From the NCBI GenBank assembly GCA_048886685.1, contig JBHLKM010000006.1, positions 1-64,000 on the forward strand: a DNA stretch of 64,000 nucleotides, read 5' to 3'. The notes under the pieces are model-generated. The model was not told the origin of the DNA. It searched no databases and worked only from the letters and a program-made list of their open reading frames with translations. This document shows positions 21,170 through 29,914 of the stretch, piece after piece. Source of the DNA: Candidatus Hodarchaeota archaeon. Its GTDB lineage: Archaea > Asgardarchaeota > Lokiarchaeia > Sigyniarchaeales > SOKP01. Made by a program: the position numbers and the translations under genes. Numbering within the stretch: position 1 is the first letter of the stretch; each line of letters begins with the position of its first letter.

Positions 21170-22423
21170 ATGTCAAACTCCAACCAAGCTAAACAAGATA
21201 CAGAAGGTATACATTTATCTGAGCATATGAAAGAAGATATTTCTGTTGAAGAATTAATAGATTATTCATCAACAAGGAGAATTGCTTCGATAGATTTTGT
21301 AAAAGGTCTTGCTATGGCATTTATAATTTTAGCTCATTCAGCACTTGCCTGGTTTGATGACGATTGGCGTTATATCTATGGGCTTGTTTTTTCATTTCTA
21401 GATATTTTAGGGCCTTCTTTATTTGTATTTTTATCTGCTCTTAGTGTGATTTTTAGTATTAAACGAAAGAAAAAGAAAGTATCTGAAAAACTTATTCGAA
21501 ATCGAATAATTACTCGTGGTATCGTAATAGTTATTATTGGTATCTTATTTAATCCGATGTCATTATTTACTTCTGGAGAAAAAATTTCATTTCCTCTTAA
21601 TTTGTGGGGCTGGAATTTTCTTGTATTCATTGGATTCTCGCAGATATTCTCCTATTATGTATTAAAAATCAAACAAATTCCTCGTGCTGCTATTGGTGTG
21701 TTTATAATTATAATTTCACCTTTCATTAGGCAAGTTATTTTTGAAATTAAGGATGTAAATCCTGGTTTCTGGCTTTTACATTTTCTAATAACATCACCTC
21801 TACCTCAAGTACCATTTCTCCCCTGGCTCGCAGTTTGCTTTATTTCTACTATATTTGGAGAGTTTTTATATGATGCAATGATAAAGGGTACAAAAGAAGC
21901 ATATATCCATTTATTTCGAGTTTTTTCGGCCTATGGAATTGTACTTGTTTTAACAGGGCTAATACTAGGTTGGGGAAGACAAACACCTGCTACAATGAAA
22001 GTGTCAGAATATTTGCATTTAGATTTACTAAGAATTGCAAACGAACAAGACTATTACCAATTTGCTGGTATGCCTGATTTTATGATTAGGAGTACAATGT
22101 CAAATATGTTCTACAATTTAGGAGCAGCTCTACTAATTATAGCTGTTAGTTTTTACTTCATTGATATTAAAAGAAAAGAAAATGATGTTATAAAGATGGT
22201 AATATTTTATGGAAAAACTAGCCTCTCATTGTTTCTAATTCAATATTTATTTCTTCCACTCTACATTGGGCAGTTTTCAATAATATTTTTCCCGTTAATG
22301 TGGATAGGATATTGTGGCTTTTTAGGGTTGCTGATGTATGTATGGTATAAATATTTCAATGGTGTAGGCAGCCCTGAATGGTTAATGACTAAACTTGGGC
22401 AATTGGGGCAGAAACCCAAATAA
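21170..22423 (+). CDS. DUF1624 / HGSNAT-like membrane acyltransferase (paralog of 18171..19565)
   Basis: RRIASIDFVKGLAMAFIILAH; shares LDILGPSLFVFLSALSVIFSIKRK and GVGSPEWLM with the paralog. Confidence 0.75.
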   Translation: MSNSNQAKQDTEGIHLSEHMKEDISVEELIDYSSTRRIASIDFVKGLAMAFIILAHSALAWFDDDWRYIYGLVFSFLDILGPSLFVFLSALSVIFSIKRKKKKVSEKLIRNRIITRGIVIVIIGILFNPMSLFTSGEKISFPLNLWGWNFLVFIGFSQIFSYYVLKIKQIPRAAIGVFIIIISPFIRQVIFEIKDVNPGFWLLHFLITSPLPQVPFLPWLAVCFISTIFGEFLYDAMIKGTKEAYIHLFRVFSAYGIVLVLTGLILGWGRQTPATMKVSEYLHLDLLRIANEQDYYQFAGMPDFMIRSTMSNMFYNLGAALLIIAVSFYFIDIKRKENDVIKMVIFYGKTSLSLFLIQYLFLPLYIGQFSIIFFPLMWIGYCGFLGLLMYVWYKYFNGVGSPEWLMTKLGQLGQKPK

Positions 22424-22681
22424 TCTAATAAAATAGAAACTCAATTTGTCGCTTGTAAGTTTAATATTAAGAAAGAAGGATAAATCATAAAAATTTCATC
22501 TTTTAAAATCAACCATTCTTCTCTTTGTAAATATATAAATATCTTTGAAGAATAATATGAAATATTAATGAGTGAATTTATTATAACTATAATTCATTAA
22601 TTTCATATTAAATTAAATTAATCAAATTTAAAAATTTTAAGGAGATATAATTAATATTTATTTCTGATAAGGAGCATTAAC

Positions 22682-23206
22682 ATGTCGGAGAAAGGACAGT
22701 ATAAATTCAAGGTAACTCTTTTTGGACCAGGTGGTGTAGGAAAAACATCCTTGCTATTAAGATATATAAAAGACTACTTCAGTGATGACCTAAAAAAAAC
22801 GATTGGGAGTAATTTCCTTATTAAAGATGTTGAAATTGATGGAAAAAATGTCCGTCTCCTCCTTTGGGACATTGGAGGGCAACCTCAATTCCATAAACTT
22901 AGAACAATTTATTTTAAAGGGAGTAATGGGGCTCTTGGCGTATTTGATTTATCTTCAAGTCAAACCCTTTTAAAAATTCCTGGTTGGATAAGTTCTATAA
23001 AAAAAACCGTAAAAAAAGCAATCCCGATGATCCTCTTAGGTAATAAAGTCGACTTGGACAGAGAAGTAGATAAAGAAGAAGCCGAAGATCTAGCAAAGAG
23101 ATTAAGTTGTGAATATATGGAAACGTCTGCTAAAACAGGAGAAAATGTAGAGCAGGCATTCGAAGAAATTGCTAGAGCTTGTCTGCAAGATGTAGAGGAA
23201 ATATAA
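22682..23206 (+). CDS. Rab-like small GTPase
   Basis: G1 GPGGVGKT, switch I TIGSNF, G3 WDIGGQ, YFKGS, G4 NKVD, G5 ETSAK; GGAG SD upstream. Confidence 0.93.
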   Translation: MSEKGQYKFKVTLFGPGGVGKTSLLLRYIKDYFSDDLKKTIGSNFLIKDVEIDGKNVRLLLWDIGGQPQFHKLRTIYFKGSNGALGVFDLSSSQTLLKIPGWISSIKKTVKKAIPMILLGNKVDLDREVDKEEAEDLAKRLSCEYMETSAKTGENVEQAFEEIARACLQDVEEI

Positions 23207-23233
23207 TATAATCTGATTAATTTTTTTTTAACC

Positions 23234-23854
23234 TTATAAAATCTGTAAATTTTTAAGTTCTTTAACCAGATCTTCTTTATTTGTAAATTTTATTCCAATT
23301 ATCCCAAGTTCTCGAGCTGTTCGAATATTGTTTATCCCATCATCAATATAAACTATCTCCTCTGGTTCACATCCTGCCTTTTCGATAGCATATTCGAATA
23401 TTTTTTTATCAGGTTTAGTCATATGAACTTCATGAGATAAGATAAATTCATCAAAATATTCAAGGAACGCCCATTTTTTCTTAAGAAGAAACTCCCAATG
23501 ACTAGAATTTACATTTGAGAGACAAAGAAGCTTGAATTTGTTGTTTTCTTTTACTTTTTTTATTATCTCAACGATTTCGGGGTTGAAACCAGAAATTATA
23601 CTGTTAAAAGCTCCGTAAAAATTGTTCTGATCAAGCTCGCAAACTTGGAGCAAATCACATGCTAAATGATAAAATTCATCATCACTCATCATTCCTTGAT
23701 GATATATATCAGATTGACGGAAAAATTCTAACATAATTGGAGTCTGAGGTTTATTTAGAGGTGATTGAGAAATGATTTTATTATAGAAATTTGCAAAATC
23801 TAAATCCACTACAACTCCGCCTAAATCAAAGATAATAGATTTGATTGCATTCAT
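23234..23854 (-). CDS. HAD-superfamily phosphatase
   Basis: IIFDLGGV, LSN, KPD, YIDD. Confidence 0.88.
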   Translation of the reverse strand: MNAIKSIIFDLGGVVVDLDFANFYNKIISQSPLNKPQTPIMLEFFRQSDIYHQGMMSDDEFYHLACDLLQVCELDQNNFYGAFNSIISGFNPEIVEIIKKVKENNKFKLLCLSNVNSSHWEFLLKKKWAFLEYFDEFILSHEVHMTKPDKKIFEYAIEKAGCEPEEIVYIDDGINNIRTARELGIIGIKFTNKEDLVKELKNLQIL

Positions 23855-25911
23855 TTTCTAAAATAGATTTTAGTTGAGAACTTTCTAAAAGGTTTTGGTA
23901 GTTTATATCTTGGAAAATTTCTTGTATCATCTTCTAGCATTTCTAATAGTTTATCTATTTTTATATCATTAATTTGGTTAGATGTCTGCCTTTCTGGGCC
24001 AAAGGGTTCACCTATCAATCTTTTTCTTATTGATATAGTTTGATTTTGTTGTTCTTTTTTACCAATTATAATTGTATATGGAATCCAATCAATTTCGGAC
24101 TGTCTTATTTTTTTGCCAACTGTTTCTTCTCTGTCATCGAAATCTACTCTAAATTCCTCTCCATTGAGAATATCAAGAACTTTCTCAGCATATTCATTTT
24201 GATCATCAGAAACCGTTACAATCCGGACTTGAATTGGGGATAACCAAGTTTTAAATCCTGGAACCAACTTATCCTTATTTCGGATAGCTGATTCTATTAA
24301 ACCCCATATAACTCTCTCTACAGCACCAGTTGGAGAATTGTGAAGAATTATCGGATGTTTTAATTGACCATCATCATCTGTGAAAGATATATTATATTTC
24401 TGTCTTTCTATTCCGTCAGTATCCCTCATATATTCTAAAGAGCTCTCTACATCTATTTGGTTGGTTGCTAATGTAGCACTTTTACCCTGAGCTGAAAGTA
24501 CGTTCCTTTCAAACTTTAATATATAATAATAGTATCTCTCATCCCATAGTTCTAATAACGTAGGATTTTTTTCTGATTTAACTAAATCAATTATCCAATC
24601 CTTATTTTCGCTATAAAACTCTTGTGTTGCTCTAAAAATAACATAACTTTTAATACCTAAATCGTGTTCAAGGTCCTTTATTAATTCGTATTGTTTTTTA
24701 AACTCATCAATGGAAGATTCTAAATCTTTACACATTGTATGCATGTCTGGCATTGTAAATCCACGAAGTCTTCTTAATCCTGATAACTCTCCTTCTTGTT
24801 CACGTCTAAAAGCGTATTGTTCATATTCATATGCTCTTAATGGGAGATATTGTGGTTTCAAATTCATCTGTGAAAACAAATCAAAAAGAAGAAAGTCACT
24901 CGCATATCTTAATAGATATCTATCTTTTCCTGATTCAACCCAATAACTTCTAGCGGGAAATCGGGCCGTTTGGGCAGTTAGCTTCTTATTTTTCACTGTA
25001 TACATAACAGGAGTGTCAACTAGTACTGCCCCATAATCTATTAATCTATCTTCTATGAAATTTTTTATTAGGTTTTTCATAATAACTCCTTTTGTGTACC
25101 ATCTAAAATTACCAGCATCAGTGTTAGAATCAAAATCTACTAATTCAAAATCTTTCATCACCTTTATATGAACAGGTTCTATTGATTTATCTACGATTCG
25201 AGAACCTAATTCAGAATATAGAAAGGAAATAAACTCTTTATCTTTAATCTCTTTTGGAAGTAAGAACTTCTGATTTTCATCAAAATTTAAATCAATTTCC
25301 CTACCATCTGTATTAATTAATTTGAAGACGGAGTTTTTAAGTTCTTCCTCTGGTTTAATGGCTAATTTGACGTCACGGTACATTTCAGCTATTTCATGTC
25401 CTAAGCAGTTTATTTTAAATGATTTATACCAGCCAAAAGGAGAAAATTTTGCCTCAATTCCCCTCTCTTCTAAATTTTTAGCAATTTTAGGACATACTTC
25501 CATTGCTTTAGCATCATTACTAAGAAACTTGCTTAAATGAGCCCAAGGATATACCAGAACTTTATCTACATGGTACATGTTTCTATCTTTAATAAGATCT
25601 ATTAATTTCCTCGGTTTTCCTTTAATTTCTCCTTTTTCGATTTTTCGATTAAATTCTCTTATCTCTTCATTTTTTTGATTCACCTGTTCTGGAAATCCTG
25701 TAATTAGCAATATTGCTGATTCAATCTCATCCGCGCCTTGTTTTGCAATTAAATCTGTATCGTATGTGTCTTGATCTTCAACAGACACATAACAAACCAA
25801 GACGAGACCTTCCATCTTAATATAATCCTCAGCAAACTCTTGGGGATTGCTGGTTGCTTCTTTATTTTTAATGACTTCTACATCTTGCGAGTGAATTAAC
25901 AAGATTTTCAT
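23851..25911 (-). CDS. thrS: Threonine--tRNA ligase, archaeal type with N-terminal editing domain
   Basis: MKILLIHS, YPWAHLS, PFGWYKSF editing domain; FRREQEGEL.GL.RLR.FTMPDMHT; WLSPIQVR; anticodon-binding domain. Confidence 0.96.
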   Translation of the reverse strand: MKILLIHSQDVEVIKNKEATSNPQEFAEDYIKMEGLVLVCYVSVEDQDTYDTDLIAKQGADEIESAILLITGFPEQVNQKNEEIREFNRKIEKGEIKGKPRKLIDLIKDRNMYHVDKVLVYPWAHLSKFLSNDAKAMEVCPKIAKNLEERGIEAKFSPFGWYKSFKINCLGHEIAEMYRDVKLAIKPEEELKNSVFKLINTDGREIDLNFDENQKFLLPKEIKDKEFISFLYSELGSRIVDKSIEPVHIKVMKDFELVDFDSNTDAGNFRWYTKGVIMKNLIKNFIEDRLIDYGAVLVDTPVMYTVKNKKLTAQTARFPARSYWVESGKDRYLLRYASDFLLFDLFSQMNLKPQYLPLRAYEYEQYAFRREQEGELSGLRRLRGFTMPDMHTMCKDLESSIDEFKKQYELIKDLEHDLGIKSYVIFRATQEFYSENKDWIIDLVKSEKNPTLLELWDERYYYYILKFERNVLSAQGKSATLATNQIDVESSLEYMRDTDGIERQKYNISFTDDDGQLKHPIILHNSPTGAVERVIWGLIESAIRNKDKLVPGFKTWLSPIQVRIVTVSDDQNEYAEKVLDILNGEEFRVDFDDREETVGKKIRQSEIDWIPYTIIIGKKEQQNQTISIRKRLIGEPFGPERQTSNQINDIKIDKLLEMLEDDTRNFPRYKLPKPFRKFSTKIYFRK

Positions 25912-26036
25912 GTTAAATCATTTTTTTTGATTGTTAACTAGTACCTTATAATAAATTCTAAATACTTTACTTACTTTTGATATATAATTATATACAGAAT
26001 TCAAAATAATTGTTACTATAATTTATCTCTATAATT

Positions 26037-26645
26037 ATGAATCTTAAAAAAGCTTTTTCAGAGATTAATAATTTGTTAGACATTTTATATCGCGATAGGG
26101 AAAATATTTTGCGCTTATCTCGTGATATCGTTCGAGATTGTAGTATTGGGATAAAACATATTCATAGACAAGAATTTGAAAAATTCCAAGAAAAATTAAA
26201 TGTTATAAAAGCTAATCATGGGAATTTAGTTAAGTTAGTGAATAGAAATCCTGGAATTTTTTCTAAATATCTGAAGACTCCGGAACAGGAGTATACAGAA
26301 TTAATGGCATTTCATTCAATCATAAATAATACAAATATTCCTACACCTTCAGAGATGAAAATCAGTCCATTGAACTATGCTCTAGGCCTAGCAGATGTCA
26401 TTGGAGAACTGAGAAGGTATGCTTTAGATAATATTAGAAACGACCTGATTGAAGGGTTGAATAATATATTGGAAAATATGGATGAAATTTATACATATCT
26501 CTTTTCTATTGATTATCCAATTGGAGTTACTCAAGATTTAAGGCGGAAGGTTGATGTAGCAAGAAATATTATTGAAAAAACTAGAGGAGATGTGTCATTA
26601 GCAATTCAAATGAATGATTTAAAAAAATGTTTTGAAAATGAATGA
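26037..26645 (+). CDS. Translin family protein
   Basis: RE...LSRDIVR, QEYTE, YALGLADVIGELRR, LRRKVD. Confidence 0.88.
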   Translation: MNLKKAFSEINNLLDILYRDRENILRLSRDIVRDCSIGIKHIHRQEFEKFQEKLNVIKANHGNLVKLVNRNPGIFSKYLKTPEQEYTELMAFHSIINNTNIPTPSEMKISPLNYALGLADVIGELRRYALDNIRNDLIEGLNNILENMDEIYTYLFSIDYPIGVTQDLRRKVDVARNIIEKTRGDVSLAIQMNDLKKCFENE

Positions 26646-27114
26646 AACTAGGAAACGAATACTGATTGCGGGGACTTTTGATTTAATTCATGCAGGACAT
26701 ATTTATTTAATTAACGAAGCTGCAAAATTAGGAGATGTCTATGTTGTAGTGGCGACCGATCGAAACCGAGAAATATTTTCTGGTGAACGTCCAATTATTC
26801 CTCAAGAACAGAGATTAGAAATTATTAAAAGTATTAAAAACGTGAAAGAAGCGAGATTGGGAAGAAATGATAATGATACTCTTAAAACTGTAGAGGAAAT
26901 AAATCCTCACATAATTCTTCTAGGGCCAGACCAAAAATATAGTATTGAAATATTGAAAAAAGGGCTAAAAGAAAAGGGTTTAAGTAATATAGAAGTGAGA
27001 AGATTAAAAAAATATTATGATAAATATGATCTACATAGCTCAAGTCTGATAAAACAAAAAATTATTAAAAGATATAATGAGAATAATTTAAAAAACCAGA
27101 ATAATGGGAGATAA
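26638..27114 (+). CDS. ribL: FAD synthase (cytidylyltransferase family)
   Basis: AGTFDLIHAGH, LGPDQ, SSSLIK; directly upstream of ribK. Confidence 0.82.
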   Translation: MNETRKRILIAGTFDLIHAGHIYLINEAAKLGDVYVVVATDRNREIFSGERPIIPQEQRLEIIKSIKNVKEARLGRNDNDTLKTVEEINPHIILLGPDQKYSIEILKKGLKEKGLSNIEVRRLKKYYDKYDLHSSSLIKQKIIKRYNENNLKNQNNGR

Positions 27115-27817
27115 AGAAGAAATTACTCCAGAGAACTATGCAAATTGGTTTGCACTTTTTCATCTTTGCCAAAATATCGGTAGTCAGAAAGCACTTCACA
27201 TTAGTAGTATTGAATTTGGCAAGATTCTCAACTTATCTCAGCAAACGGCTTCCAGAAGACTAACTCAATTAGAAGAAATGGGTTGGATTCAAAGAAAAAT
27301 TGTTGGAAAAGAACAAACAATAAGGATTACAAAAGTTGGGGCAGATGTTATGCTTCTGATGTATAAAAACTTAAGGCAAATCCTACAAGATATTCTAATT
27401 GTAGGAGAAGTTACTGAAGGAATGAGAGAAGGGGGATATTACGTGAGAATCCCAGGATATTTAAGACAATTTGAAGAAAAACTTAAATTCAAACCTTATT
27501 TCGGGACATTGAATCTCCAATTAAGCGATCTTAATAAAGAATTATTAGATGAAAACTTGAATAACCGACTTCCAGTTCTTATTGAAGGTTTCGAGGATAA
27601 TGATGTAGGGCGTTCATATGGTTCAGTAGAATGTTATAATTGCCTCGTGTCTCGTTTGGACAACCAAAATAACAAAAAAAAAGCAGCAATTCTAAAGATT
27701 AAAAGAACACATCATAAGAAAAATATCGTAGAAATCTTAGCAAAAGATTACTTGAGAGATAATTTGAATTTAAAAAATGGAGATAGAGTGAGAATAGAAT
27801 TTATTAAAGGAAATTAA
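27104..27817 (+). CDS. ribK: CTP-dependent riboflavin kinase with N-terminal wHTH (RbkR type)
   Basis: SQQTASRRL HTH; GMREGGYY, PYFGTLNL, RTHH, LR..LNLKNGD. Confidence 0.9.
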   Translation: MGDKEEITPENYANWFALFHLCQNIGSQKALHISSIEFGKILNLSQQTASRRLTQLEEMGWIQRKIVGKEQTIRITKVGADVMLLMYKNLRQILQDILIVGEVTEGMREGGYYVRIPGYLRQFEEKLKFKPYFGTLNLQLSDLNKELLDENLNNRLPVLIEGFEDNDVGRSYGSVECYNCLVSRLDNQNNKKKAAILKIKRTHHKKNIVEILAKDYLRDNLNLKNGDRVRIEFIKGN

Positions 27818-27835
27818 AAACCTTCTCTTAAATAA

Positions 27836-28456
27836 TTATCTTATCATCTCCCTTTTTATTTGAAAATAAATATTTGTCATTCGAAAAATAAAAGTAACAA
27901 TGACAAGCCACATATAAATAAATAAAAATATTTCCATAAACCCATAAAAAAATGCAATTAGCATTGTTATAAAGAGGTAGAATAATCTTTCTGATCTGGC
28001 CATAAGTCCAATATCAAAATCTCCTTTGAAAAAAACCTCTGCTCTTGCTCTAGTATAACTGATCATAATTGAAGCTAAGAATGATATGAAGATAATTAAT
28101 TTCATGTCAATTAAATTCCACAGAAATTTATCTTTGCTAAAAATTAAGAGACCTAAAAATATGAAGAACTCCGAAAATCTATCCATAAAAGAGTCAAAAA
28201 AACCTCCAAATTTTGTTGATTTGTTACTCATTCGAGCGATTGCTCCATCGCATCCATCCATAATTCCTGTAATGAACACAAAAATGGAAAATAAAAGAAG
28301 ATTATGCAAAAATGCTAAAGAGATAAAACAAAGGATTGAAAAAAAAACCATTGTAAAAGTAGCCAAGTTTGGTGTGAAGCCAATTTTGATAAAACCCTTT
28401 GCTATTAGGTTAACTAACGGTCTAAAGATAAATCGTAATCGAAATATAGAAGGCAT
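27836..28456 (-). CDS. CDP-alcohol phosphatidyltransferase (archaetidylinositol-phosphate synthase-like)
   Basis: TPN, DGCDGAIAR...FGGFFDSFMDR signature, SYTRARAE, RSER. Confidence 0.9.
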   Translation of the reverse strand: MPSIFRLRFIFRPLVNLIAKGFIKIGFTPNLATFTMVFFSILCFISLAFLHNLLLFSIFVFITGIMDGCDGAIARMSNKSTKFGGFFDSFMDRFSEFFIFLGLLIFSKDKFLWNLIDMKLIIFISFLASIMISYTRARAEVFFKGDFDIGLMARSERLFYLFITMLIAFFYGFMEIFLFIYMWLVIVTFIFRMTNIYFQIKREMIR

Positions 28457-28579
28457 TTTTTTAATTGTTTTATGGGATAAATTAAAATATATTTCGCATT
28501 ATAAAATAACATAGTTTTTTTATTTTGATTATTTTAAGTATATAACTATTTACTTATACAATAAAGAGAGTGGAAAGAT

Positions 28580-28885
28580 TTGAAATTACGCTTAATTTTG
28601 AAAACCAAAACCAAGAAAGATAAAGATCTAATTATGAAGTTCAGTATCCCACCAAGTAAACACATCGGTTTTATAAACTTCATAAACTTAACTTTAAATC
28701 AAGATTTACCTATAGAATTATCCTTTGAAAAAATATCAAAAACTGGTGAGCGGGAGGAAAGTAAAATTTTTGGGGAATTCAAACTAAAGGGTAAGGTTGA
28801 TTCAAAGATATATGAGTTACAAGAACAAATTCAAGATTCAGAGCGTAGAAGAAAAAAACTCCAACAAAAAAGAAAACAAAAGTAA
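28580..28885 (+). CDS. Hypothetical basic protein
   Basis: 101-aa ORF with a plausible SD; no recognised motif. Confidence 0.65.
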   Translation: MKLRLILKTKTKKDKDLIMKFSIPPSKHIGFINFINLTLNQDLPIELSFEKISKTGEREESKIFGEFKLKGKVDSKIYELQEQIQDSERRRKKLQQKRKQK

Positions 28886-28958
28886 AATTTATCATATAGA
28901 TTTTTCCATTTTTAATACTGAAAATAATCCTAAATCCTAGTATCAAAGTTAATTAAGT

Positions 28959-29903
28959 ATGAAAACAAAAGTTGCTGTTAAAGTTCCTGGGCGTATTTGC
29001 CTAATGGGAGACAAAGTTGACTTATTAGGTAAACCAGTGATTGGGATGGCCATAAATCTAATGATGACGATTAATTATAAAGAAAGAGACGATAACAAGA
29101 TTGAATTCTACAGTCATAATACCAAAGAAAGAGTTGAATTTACCATAGGTGAATCACCGCCTATAAATATTGATTTAGCTTATTGGAGTGTCTTATATGA
29201 GAGATTGAAACACCATATTAGGAAGGGATTTTATATTGATGTTAATTCAGAAATTCCAATTGGTGCTGGTTTATCTACATCCGCAGCACTTTCGATAGGA
29301 TTTATTAAATCACTAAATCAAGCTCTTGATCTTGGCTTTTCAAACGGGGAAATTGCTGAATTGGCATATCTAGGTGAAAATCACGATCTTGGAATTCAGT
29401 GTGGAAGATTAGATCAGTATACAGAAGCATTCGGGGGTATTGTTTTTATACATACCGATGAAAATCCGCATGTTGAGCATTTAGATGTAAATAAAATGCC
29501 TGTTGTTGTAGGTGATTCTATAGAAGAGAGAAAAGCTTCTTTAATATTGAATAGAGTAAAAAATCAAATAAAAGATAAAGATCCAAGAACTCTAAAAGCT
29601 TTTGGAGTAATTGAAAATTGTGTATATCAAGCGAGAGATGCGATAATAAAAGGAGATTATGCAAAACTGGGAGAATTAATGGATTTACAACAGGAGCAAG
29701 AAGCAATTTTAAAAGCAGATACACCAAAAATTGTGAAACTATGTTCCGCAGCAAAAAACGCAGGCGCATTAGGAGCAAAACAAATGGGAGCTGGGGGGGG
29801 CGGTTGCGTAGTTACAATAGCACCTGGCAGGCAAAAAGAAGTTGCTCAAGCGATCGACAATGCCGGAGGCAGAGCTTGGATTTTTGATATATTTCAATAT
29901 TAG
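28959..29903 (+). CDS. GHMP kinase (mevalonate/galactokinase-like), substrate uncertain
   Basis: VPGRICLMG, PIGAGLSTSAA, GAGGGGC. Confidence 0.85.
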   Translation: MKTKVAVKVPGRICLMGDKVDLLGKPVIGMAINLMMTINYKERDDNKIEFYSHNTKERVEFTIGESPPINIDLAYWSVLYERLKHHIRKGFYIDVNSEIPIGAGLSTSAALSIGFIKSLNQALDLGFSNGEIAELAYLGENHDLGIQCGRLDQYTEAFGGIVFIHTDENPHVEHLDVNKMPVVVGDSIEERKASLILNRVKNQIKDKDPRTLKAFGVIENCVYQARDAIIKGDYAKLGELMDLQQEQEAILKADTPKIVKLCSAAKNAGALGAKQMGAGGGGCVVTIAPGRQKEVAQAIDNAGGRAWIFDIFQY

Positions 29904-29914
29904 ATGTGAATTTC

